64,000 nucleotides of DNA from Candidatus Latescibacterota bacterium (GTDB lineage Bacteria > Latescibacterota > UBA2968 > UBA8231). A program made the position numbers and the translations under genes. Positions within the stretch are counted from its first letter, which is position 1. The number at the start of each line of letters is the position of its first letter. This document shows, one piece after another, positions 46,964 through 54,673 of the stretch. The notes beneath the pieces are model-generated. The model did no database searches, was not told the origin of the DNA, and was given only the letters and a program-made list of their open reading frames with translations. Location: positions 1,184,001-1,248,000 of the forward strand of contig CBDCSU010000006.1 of NCBI GenBank assembly GCA_965221775.1, given 5' to 3'.

Positions 46964-49795
46964 ATGCGCACCACGAGAGTGCTGACAGCCGTCGGCCTGG
47001 CGGCGCTGATCGCCGGCCCGGCCTTCGCGCAGCAGAGCCCCCCGGGGCTGGACTGGCGGCGGATCCGGACCGAGCGGTTCAACGTCATCTTCCCCGCCCG
47101 GATCACCGCCGATGCCCAACGCGTGGCCAACACGCTCGAGCACATCTACGGCCCGGTCTCGAAGACGCTGAAAGGTCCGGAGAAGCCGGTGGATGTGGTG
47201 CTGATGAACCAGGTGGCCGAGGCCAACGGCTTCGTCGCCATGGCGCCCCGCCGCACCGTGTGGTTCAGCACCCCGCCCCAGGGCACGGGGCTCAGCGGCG
47301 AGTGGTACCAGTTGCTGGCCGTCCACGAGATGCGCCACGTGGTCCAGAACGACCGCCTGCGCCGGGGCTTCATCCGCCTGGCGTGGCTCCTCTCCGGAGA
47401 GTTCGGCCAGAGCGCGATGAGCCACCTGCTGGTGCCGTCGTGGTTCTGGGAGGGCGATGCCGTGGGGATCGAGACGGCCCTGAGCACGACCGGGCGCGGG
47501 CGCATGCCGCGGTTCGATCTGGACATCCGGGCCCTGCTCCTCGACGGACGGCGCTACTCCTACTACAAGGCCCTCCACCGCTCGTACCGCGACTGGTATC
47601 CCAGTCACTACCCCTTGGGGTACTTCCTGACGACCTACGTCCGGCGCCACCACGGCGCCGGGACGTGGGACCGGGTTCTGGGACGCACCGCCTGGTGGGG
47701 GTTCCACCCCTTCTCCTTCAGCCGCGCCCTGAGGAAGCACACCGGCGCCAGCGCCGCCGGCACCTACGAGCGCGCCATGGACGAGCTGACCGGCTTGTGG
47801 CAGGCGCAGCAGGAGGGCCTGGTGACGACGCCCCTGCGGGTGCTGCCCGGTCAGAGCCAGTCGGACATCTGGACCAACTACTCGTACCCGCACCCGCTGC
47901 CGGACGGCAGTGTCCTGGCGAGCAAGGTCGGACTCGCCGACCCGCCGACCCTGGTGAGGCTCCACCCCGACGGCCGCCAGGAGCGCCTGCGCCAGTACAG
48001 TTCCCTCGGCGGCTTTCGCGTCGGCGGCGGCATCGCCGCCTGGAACCGCCGCACCCCGGACCCGCGCTGGGGCTTCCGCAGCTACTCGGACATCATGGTC
48101 CTGGAGATCGACAGCGGCCGCGCGCGCCAGCTCACCCGCAAGGCCCGGCTCTTCGCCCCGGCTCCCTCTCCCGATGGCGCCCGCATTGCCGCCGTCGAGT
48201 TCGGGCCGGACCGGCGCTGCCACCTCGTGCTGCTGGAGACCGCCACGGGCGCCGAGCAGGCCCGGTTCCCGGCCCCCGACGGGGTTTTCTGGCGCAGACC
48301 GGCGTGGTCGGAGGACGGCCGCCATATCGCCGTGGTGCGCCAGGACGAGGCCGGCAACACCCTCGAGCGCATCGACGCCGCCGACGGCCGGGGGGAGATC
48401 GTGCTGCCCCATACCCACGACGTCATCGGCTGGCCGGTCTTCCGGGGTCCCTACCTGCTCTTCGACTCCCCCCGGTCGGGGATCGACAACATCCACGCCG
48501 TCCACCTGGCGAGCGGGGCCCGCTACCGGGTGACCTCCCGCCCCCTGGCGGCGACCCGTGCGGCCGTCGCCGGAGACTCCCTCCTGTTCCAGGAGTACAC
48601 CGTCGACGGCTACCGCATCGCGGCCATGGCCCTGGACCCCGCGGCCTGGACGCCGGCCGAGCAGGTCGAGGACCGCAAGGTGCGCTACTTCGAGCCGCTC
48701 ATCGACCAGGAGCACGGCGGTCCCCTGTCGATGGACATCCCGCCGCGGTCCTGGCCGGTGAGCGACTATCGGCCCCTGGCGAATCTGCTCAAAGTCCACA
48801 GCTGGTCCTTCAGTACCCTGTCGCCGCTCCACTCCCTCACCCTCATTTCCCGCGATCTCCTCGATCTCAGCAGTATGAGCGGCGGCGTCGAGTACAACAG
48901 CAACGAGAGCGCCTTCAGTGCCCTGGGCGGCCTCCGCCTGGCGGCGTGGTATCCGGTGCTCAGCGTCGGCGGCCGCTGGGGCGAGCGCGCCTCGGAGTAC
49001 GAGATCGACGGGGAGAAGACCAGCGACAAGTGGACCGAGAAGAGCCTGCTGCTCGGGGCCCAACTGCCCCTGGACTTCTCCCGCGGCCCCTGGAGGTCTT
49101 TCGTCCAGATGGGCGCAGGGGTGGAGTGGACGGATATCTCCGGCCAGGCGATCGAGCTGTATCCACCCGACGCGGACGGCCTGTGGGACGGGAACGGGAA
49201 CGGACGCTTCGCGCCCCTGACGTACCGGCTAACCCTCGGGCGGTTGCGCCAGCCGGCGTCTCGCGACCTGGCCCCGCTCTGGGGTCAGAGACTGCAGCTG
49301 GCCCTGCGCCACACGCCCCTGGCCGGCGACTACGACGGCACCCTGCTGTCGGGGCGGCTGGTATTTCGCTTCCCCGGTCTGGCCGCCCACCACAGCCTGC
49401 GCCTCGACGGCGGCTACGAGTGGCAGGACCCCTCCGCGGACGACGCCCTTCCCTACCGCTTTGCCAGCGAGCTGCCCTTCGTCCGCGGCTACGGCTACCG
49501 CTTCCACCGCCGGTTCCTGCAAGGGGGCGCCAACTATGCCCTGCCGCTGCTCTACCCCGACTGGAACCTGGGCGCGCTGGTCTACGTCAAGCGCCTCAAG
49601 GTCAACCTCTTCTACGACTACGGCCGCGGCGAGGACGACTCCCTGCCTGCCAGGGTCTACCAGTCGGCCGGCGGCGAGCTGACGGCGGACTTCCATCCCT
49701 TCTCGCTGCCGATCCCGCTGGACATGGGCGTGCGCTGCGCCTACCGCTTCGAAGAGGGAGATTCGCGCTGTGAAGCAGTGGTCAATTTGCAATAG
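46964..49795 (+). CDS. outer-membrane protein: HExxH gluzincin-like domain + TolB-like propeller + beta-barrel
   Basis: Signal peptide; HEMRH...WFWEGDAV; PAPSPDG and PAWSEDG PD40-like repeats; amphipathic C-terminal strands with VRGY. Confidence 0.7.
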   Translation: MRTTRVLTAVGLAALIAGPAFAQQSPPGLDWRRIRTERFNVIFPARITADAQRVANTLEHIYGPVSKTLKGPEKPVDVVLMNQVAEANGFVAMAPRRTVWFSTPPQGTGLSGEWYQLLAVHEMRHVVQNDRLRRGFIRLAWLLSGEFGQSAMSHLLVPSWFWEGDAVGIETALSTTGRGRMPRFDLDIRALLLDGRRYSYYKALHRSYRDWYPSHYPLGYFLTTYVRRHHGAGTWDRVLGRTAWWGFHPFSFSRALRKHTGASAAGTYERAMDELTGLWQAQQEGLVTTPLRVLPGQSQSDIWTNYSYPHPLPDGSVLASKVGLADPPTLVRLHPDGRQERLRQYSSLGGFRVGGGIAAWNRRTPDPRWGFRSYSDIMVLEIDSGRARQLTRKARLFAPAPSPDGARIAAVEFGPDRRCHLVLLETATGAEQARFPAPDGVFWRRPAWSEDGRHIAVVRQDEAGNTLERIDAADGRGEIVLPHTHDVIGWPVFRGPYLLFDSPRSGIDNIHAVHLASGARYRVTSRPLAATRAAVAGDSLLFQEYTVDGYRIAAMALDPAAWTPAEQVEDRKVRYFEPLIDQEHGGPLSMDIPPRSWPVSDYRPLANLLKVHSWSFSTLSPLHSLTLISRDLLDLSSMSGGVEYNSNESAFSALGGLRLAAWYPVLSVGGRWGERASEYEIDGEKTSDKWTEKSLLLGAQLPLDFSRGPWRSFVQMGAGVEWTDISGQAIELYPPDADGLWDGNGNGRFAPLTYRLTLGRLRQPASRDLAPLWGQRLQLALRHTPLAGDYDGTLLSGRLVFRFPGLAAHHSLRLDGGYEWQDPSADDALPYRFASELPFVRGYGYRFHRRFLQGGANYALPLLYPDWNLGALVYVKRLKVNLFYDYGRGEDDSLPARVYQSAGGELTADFHPFSLPIPLDMGVRCAYRFEEGDSRCEAVVNLQ

Positions 49796-49810
49796 CCTGG
49801 GGAATAACCC

Positions 49811-50947
49811 ATGAGACCATTCGCCTTTGTCGTGGCCATTGTCACCTTGCTCACAAGCTTCTCCGCCTGTGAGCGAGCGTCGCCAATGGCCGAGCCGGTC
49901 ACAGACGAGAGCGGCGAGACTTCCATCGGCGTCGTTCTACCTCTGACTGGACGCCTGGCTGCCACGGGTCAACTCATGAAACAAGGCTTCGACCTCGCCC
50001 TCGATGAAGTCAACAGCGCACAGCTCAGTCGGAAAAAACTCAAGTTCATCATTGAAGATGATTCCAGCACCGCGGCGGGTGCGGTTGGTGCTTTCCATCA
50101 ACTGATTCGCCAAGAGGGCGTCTCTGTCATTCTCGGGCCCGCGACCTCGAGCGCGACGCAGGCAGCGTTTCCGATTGCCCAGGACAATCAGGTCGTGGCC
50201 ATCAGTCCCACATCGGGGGCCCGCGGTCTGAGTGCGATCGGCGATTTCGTCTTTCGCATCCCTCTCACCACAGGTGTGGTGATTCCCAAGGGCATCAAGG
50301 CGACGCAGGCGGTACTCGGCTATCAGCGGGTGGCGACGATGTATGACGAAACCGATCTGTTCTCCACGGATCGAGACGAGACCCTGCGGGAGACATTCGC
50401 TGCCAACGACATCGAGGTGCTGACGACGGAATCCTTCGAGAGCGGCGACACCGACTACTCTGCACAACTGACCCGGATCAAGGAGTTGGATCCCGATGCG
50501 ATCTTCGTCTCGGCGTTGCCCCCCGAAAAGCCGGGAATCCTGATTCAAGGCCACCAACTTGGCATCACTGTTCCTTTCCTTGTCAGTTCATTGACCGACC
50601 TCGAGGTGCAAGCTGCGGGTGCCGCCGCCGAAGGCGCCATCACTTTCATAGGGTGGCTCCCGACAGATGACGCCCCCGGAAACCAGGCCTTCGTCGAGAG
50701 TCACAGTGAGACTTTCGGCATGGAGCCGAACGCCTTCGCGGCCCTGTCGTACGCCTCTGTCCATATTCTGGCCGCGGCCATCGAGAAGGCCCCGGCAACC
50801 GATGCAATCTCCATTCGAGACGCACTCGCGGCTCTCAGAGATCTCGACACCGTTCTGGGCAAGTTCTCCTTTGACCCCAACGGGGACGCGATCTATGAGC
50901 CGAAGGTGCTGATCGTGAAGGATGGCACACTGCAACCCTTCGAGTAG
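49811..50947 (+). CDS. branched-chain amino acid ABC transporter substrate-binding lipoprotein (LivJ-like), orphan
   Basis: FSAC lipobox, IGVVLPLTG, ILGPATS, DYSAQLTRIK, GKFSFDPNGD; lower GC than flanks. Confidence 0.88.
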   Translation: MRPFAFVVAIVTLLTSFSACERASPMAEPVTDESGETSIGVVLPLTGRLAATGQLMKQGFDLALDEVNSAQLSRKKLKFIIEDDSSTAAGAVGAFHQLIRQEGVSVILGPATSSATQAAFPIAQDNQVVAISPTSGARGLSAIGDFVFRIPLTTGVVIPKGIKATQAVLGYQRVATMYDETDLFSTDRDETLRETFAANDIEVLTTESFESGDTDYSAQLTRIKELDPDAIFVSALPPEKPGILIQGHQLGITVPFLVSSLTDLEVQAAGAAAEGAITFIGWLPTDDAPGNQAFVESHSETFGMEPNAFAALSYASVHILAAAIEKAPATDAISIRDALAALRDLDTVLGKFSFDPNGDAIYEPKVLIVKDGTLQPFE

Positions 50948-50949
50948 CG

Positions 50950-51015
50950 CGCGACCTGGAGCCACTCCGGGGTCAGAGTCTGCAGCTGGCCCTTTCGCCG
51001 CACGCCCTGGCGGCG
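50950..51015 (+). repeat. degenerate copy of 49262-49328 (internal segment of the upstream barrel gene)
   Basis: 39/44 identical over 49262-49305 vs 50950-50993, continuing with indels for about 20 more nt. Confidence 0.8.
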
Positions 51016-51032
51016 TATCTCCGTGAGGCGCC

Positions 51033-51995
51033 CTACTCCCGGCCTGGCACAAAGCGCTCCACGGCGCGCATCAGCTCCCGGCTGATCCCGTCGCCGGCGT
51101 GTCCCGCGTCGTCCACGATCACCACCTCGGCGCGGGGCCAGACCTTGCTCAGCTCCCAGGCGTTGGCGATCGGCGCCTGGAAGTCGTAGCGGCCGTTGAC
51201 CAGGACTCCGGGGATGCCGGCCAGGGCTCCCGCGCCCGCCAGCAGGCAGCCGTCGTCCAGCCAGGCGTCGTGACGGACGTAGTGGGTCACCAGCCGCGCG
51301 AAGGCCAGCGCGTACGCGGGATCCTCGAACCGGGCCGCCAGCCCGGCCTTCGGCGGCCACTCGGGTGTGGCCGACTCCCACAGGCACCACTCGAAGGCGG
51401 CCCTCCGCCGCACCGCGGGATCGGGATCGAAGAGGAGCCGGTGGCAGGCGTCGACGACGTCGCGGTCGCCGGCGGCGAGGGGCGCGGCGCGCCGCAGCCG
51501 CTCCCACTGCTCTGGGAAGAAGGCGGCCACGCCGCCGCGGAAGAGCCAGTCGAACTCGGCGCGCCGGCCCGTGGTGACGCCGAAAAGGACCATCTCCGTG
51601 ACCCGCTCCGGGAAGCGCTCGGCGTAGGTCAGGGCCAGGGTGCTGCCCCACGAGCCGCCGAGCACCATCCAGCGGTCGATGGTCAGGTGGCGGCGCAGGG
51701 CCTCCATGTCGTCAACGAGGTTCCAGGTGGTATTGCACGCCAGGTCGGCGCCGGGAGCGCTGGCGTGGGGCGCGCTGCGGCCGCAGCCCCTCTGGTCGAA
51801 GAGCACCACGCGCCAGGCGGCCGGGTCGAAGAGCCCCCGTTGCCAAGGCGTGCAGCCGGAGCCGGGCCCGCCGTGGACGACGACGGCCGGCTTGCCTTGC
51901 GGATGGCCGCAGCTCTCCCAGTAGACCTGGTGACCGTCACCGACGGCCAGCATCCCGTGCTCGTACGGTTCCACCACCGGCTTGCGGACCGTCAC
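51033..51995 (-). CDS. pip: proline iminopeptidase
   Basis: HGGPGSG, DQRGCGRS, GGSWGS nucleophile motif, GRYD, AGH. Confidence 0.93.
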   Translation of the reverse strand: MTVRKPVVEPYEHGMLAVGDGHQVYWESCGHPQGKPAVVVHGGPGSGCTPWQRGLFDPAAWRVVLFDQRGCGRSAPHASAPGADLACNTTWNLVDDMEALRRHLTIDRWMVLGGSWGSTLALTYAERFPERVTEMVLFGVTTGRRAEFDWLFRGGVAAFFPEQWERLRRAAPLAAGDRDVVDACHRLLFDPDPAVRRRAAFEWCLWESATPEWPPKAGLAARFEDPAYALAFARLVTHYVRHDAWLDDGCLLAGAGALAGIPGVLVNGRYDFQAPIANAWELSKVWPRAEVVIVDDAGHAGDGISRELMRAVERFVPGRE

Positions 51996-52399
51996 TTCTC
52001 CATGCGCAGGACGCCGACCCGGAACCCGTAGGCCCGGTAGAAGGCGAGGGCCTCCTCGTTGTGGGCGAGCACGTCGAGGCGGACCCGCTTGTCGGTCCAG
52101 ATGCGGGCGTACATCCAGTCCATCATTGCCCTGGCGATGCCGCGCCGGCGATGGGTGCGCGCCACGAAGAGCTGGCGCAGGTAGTAGTGCTCGCCGTCGT
52201 CGCGGTAGAGGCAGTAGCCGACCGTCGTCCCCGCCTCCCGCGCGAGATAGCAGCTGTACCCCTCGCGCAGCCAGCCAGCCATGCGCTCGGCGAGCTGGGC
52301 GAGGTTCATGGGGTTGGGATGGCGCTCGTCCTCAATGAGCTGCCGGTTGAGCTCGGCCAGCTCTTCCACGTCGGCGGCGGTGGCCTTCTCGAAGGTCAT
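51992..52399 (-). CDS. GNAT family N-acetyltransferase
   Basis: LFVARTHRRRGIA, N..ALAFYRAYGF. Confidence 0.9.
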   Translation of the reverse strand: MTFEKATAADVEELAELNRQLIEDERHPNPMNLAQLAERMAGWLREGYSCYLAREAGTTVGYCLYRDDGEHYYLRQLFVARTHRRRGIARAMMDWMYARIWTDKRVRLDVLAHNEEALAFYRAYGFRVGVLRMEK

Positions 52400-52443
52400 G
52401 GCCCCAATATAGGTGCCTGCGCGAACCTTCTTACATTACTGTC

Positions 52444-53484
52444 ATGTCTTCGTATGGCGATCATGGGCTGCCGCCGTTCCCGGAGGGGTGGTATCTCCTC
52501 ACGACCCGCGAGTCCCTTCTCCGGAAGGGACTGATCGAGAAGACCTTCCTCGGCCGGCAAGTCGTCGCCTGGTGCGACGACGAAGGCCGCGTCTGCGTGG
52601 CCGACTCCGTGTGTCCCCACCTTGGCTCGAGCCTCGGTCCGGACGTGGGCGGCCAGGTGTGCAACGGCCGACTCGTCTGTCCCTTCCACGGCTTCCAGTT
52701 CGATGCCACCGGCCAATGCGTCGCCACCCCCAACGCCCCGGCCCCCAAGGCCGCCAGACTGAGCGTCTACCCCACCCGGGAGATCCTCGGCCTCGTCTTC
52801 GCCTGGTTCGGCAGCGGCGGCCGGCCTCCGCCCTGGGACCTTCCCGCGGCCCCTCCCACCACCCCGGAGTGGAGCAAGCCGGGATTCCGGCACCTCCGCT
52901 TCCGGGGCCATCCCCAGGAGACGGGGGAGAACTCCGTGGATCTTGGACACCTCCGCTACGTGCACGGCTACGACAATGTGCATCCCGTCGGTTCGGTCAC
53001 GGTGGACGGCCCCTACCTCAAGAGTTGCTTCGACTTCAAGAGGGTCCGCAGGATCCTCGGGGTAAAGGACCTCGTGTACGAGGTCTCGGCCGTCACCCAC
53101 ATCCATGGACTCGGCTACTCCCTGGTAGAGATCCACGAGAAGACGATCGACATGCATGCGAGATTGTGGGTGCTCCCCACACCGGTGGATGGCACGCTCC
53201 TCGACCTCGTGCTCGTCAGCCAACTGCGCGAGATCCGCAAGCCCCGGCGGTTCATCACCGGCCTGGGTTTCCTGCCCGGCAAGCTGCGCCAGAAGTCGAT
53301 GAACCAGATCCTCCTCTCCCAGCAGAAGCGGGACGTCATCCAGGATGTGGTGATCTGGGAAGGAAAGCGGTTTCGGACGCCGCCGCGGCTGTGCCGGGCC
53401 GACGGCCCCATCGGGACGTACCGCCGCTACTGCCGGCAGTTCTATCCGGAAGACCCGCCGTCGGTGGAAGACGCCGCCGAATAA
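52444..53484 (+). CDS. Rieske [2Fe-2S] non-heme iron oxygenase (Neverland/KshA-like)
   Basis: CPHLG...CPFHGFQF Rieske motif; ENSVDLGHLRYVH mononuclear Fe motif; QDVVIWEGK, DGPIGTYRRY. Confidence 0.88.
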   Translation: MSSYGDHGLPPFPEGWYLLTTRESLLRKGLIEKTFLGRQVVAWCDDEGRVCVADSVCPHLGSSLGPDVGGQVCNGRLVCPFHGFQFDATGQCVATPNAPAPKAARLSVYPTREILGLVFAWFGSGGRPPPWDLPAAPPTTPEWSKPGFRHLRFRGHPQETGENSVDLGHLRYVHGYDNVHPVGSVTVDGPYLKSCFDFKRVRRILGVKDLVYEVSAVTHIHGLGYSLVEIHEKTIDMHARLWVLPTPVDGTLLDLVLVSQLREIRKPRRFITGLGFLPGKLRQKSMNQILLSQQKRDVIQDVVIWEGKRFRTPPRLCRADGPIGTYRRYCRQFYPEDPPSVEDAAE

Positions 53485-53596
53485 CCGGCCACACAGGTTC
53501 GCCTCCGGACCAGAGCGCGGGAAGCCACCGAGGGTACCATGCGGCGCATCGCCATGATGTACGGGTGGCGCTTCAGGAAGGCGGCGGACTGAACGG

Positions 53597-54670
53597 TTAC
53601 GGCTTACGAGCCAGGAAACAGTACAGGGGCGTGAAGATACCCGCCTTGCCGCCCGAGACATAAGCCTCCGCGGTGCGGTCCAGGAGTCGGACCACTTCCG
53701 CGGAGCCCTTCGGAAAGCGCCGCAGTACTTCAGCCAGCTTCGATCCTGCGATGACCGCTTTGCGGCCCCACGGAAGCCTGCGCAAGGCCTTCCCCAACGT
53801 CCCGTGGCGGCTCTCCATGGGCTGATACCAGGGTATGGAGGGGCCTTCCTGGACGTCCAGGTCCATCCCTTCCATGACCTGGAATCCCGCGGCTTCGAGG
53901 GCGTGATTCACTTCCCCGAAGGTGGCTATGTGCTTCAGCGCAATGCCGCGCATGAGATCCCGCTTGATGGCCCGGTGCCGGTCGTCCTTCGGATTGAACT
54001 GGTCTGTCAGACACATCTCCTGACCCCAGAACAGGGCCCCGGGTTTCAGCACGCGGAATACCTCCTCGAAGGCACGTTGCTTGTCCGGCGCGTGGCACGT
54101 CGACTCGATGGCATAACCCCGATCGAAGGTGCCGTCCTCAATGGCCCTCATGTCCATGAAGCTGCACGTCTCGAAATCGACCATGTGATCGAGCCCCGCC
54201 TCGGCGATCGACCCTCTCGCCTTTTCCAACTGCACCTCGCTGATGTTGATCCCCACGACCCTGACACCAGCCTCCCGGACGACGCGGAGCATGGGGGCGC
54301 CGACTCCACAACCAACGTCGACCACCGTCATACCCTTTTGCAGCTCCAACTTGGAGATCATCATCCGCTGATGCCGGACCTTGGATTCCTCCAGACTCTC
54401 ATCAGGTGTGAGGGGCGCGAAGTGCAGGGATTCGCCCCAGCCCCATACCATGAACCCGCTGCAAAGGTCGTAATAGTCCTTCACTGTTTCAGTGTGTTCG
54501 TAGCCGCCTGCGCCACCGGGCTGCGGCGCCGCCCGGTCGAGCCAGCCGTCGAAGTGCTGCACTCGACGCGCGACGCCCGATCCCCGGTACGCATCTCTCA
54601 GATCTCTCGACAGCTTGCCCAGCCGCACCCGGTCTTTCTCCCTGGCTCCAGGAACGAGCCATGTCGTCAA
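53597..54670 (-). CDS. sterol C24-methyltransferase-like SAM-dependent methyltransferase
   Basis: YYDL...GWGESLHF, DVGCGVGAP, YAIESTCHAP, VLKPG, C-terminal GIFTPLYCFLARKP: the SMT/ERG6 motif set. Confidence 0.82.
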   Translation of the reverse strand: MTTWLVPGAREKDRVRLGKLSRDLRDAYRGSGVARRVQHFDGWLDRAAPQPGGAGGYEHTETVKDYYDLCSGFMVWGWGESLHFAPLTPDESLEESKVRHQRMMISKLELQKGMTVVDVGCGVGAPMLRVVREAGVRVVGINISEVQLEKARGSIAEAGLDHMVDFETCSFMDMRAIEDGTFDRGYAIESTCHAPDKQRAFEEVFRVLKPGALFWGQEMCLTDQFNPKDDRHRAIKRDLMRGIALKHIATFGEVNHALEAAGFQVMEGMDLDVQEGPSIPWYQPMESRHGTLGKALRRLPWGRKAVIAGSKLAEVLRRFPKGSAEVVRLLDRTAEAYVSGGKAGIFTPLYCFLARKP

Positions 54671-54673
54671 TCG

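Noticed and set aside
36482-49063. Very long antisense/alternate-frame ORFs (e.g. 36482-38947 -, 44202-46955 -, 46882-49773 +; also 53804-56548 +, 56776-60045 +)
   Set aside because: Shadow ORFs expected in high-GC DNA; they overlap well-supported genes and have no recognisable motifs
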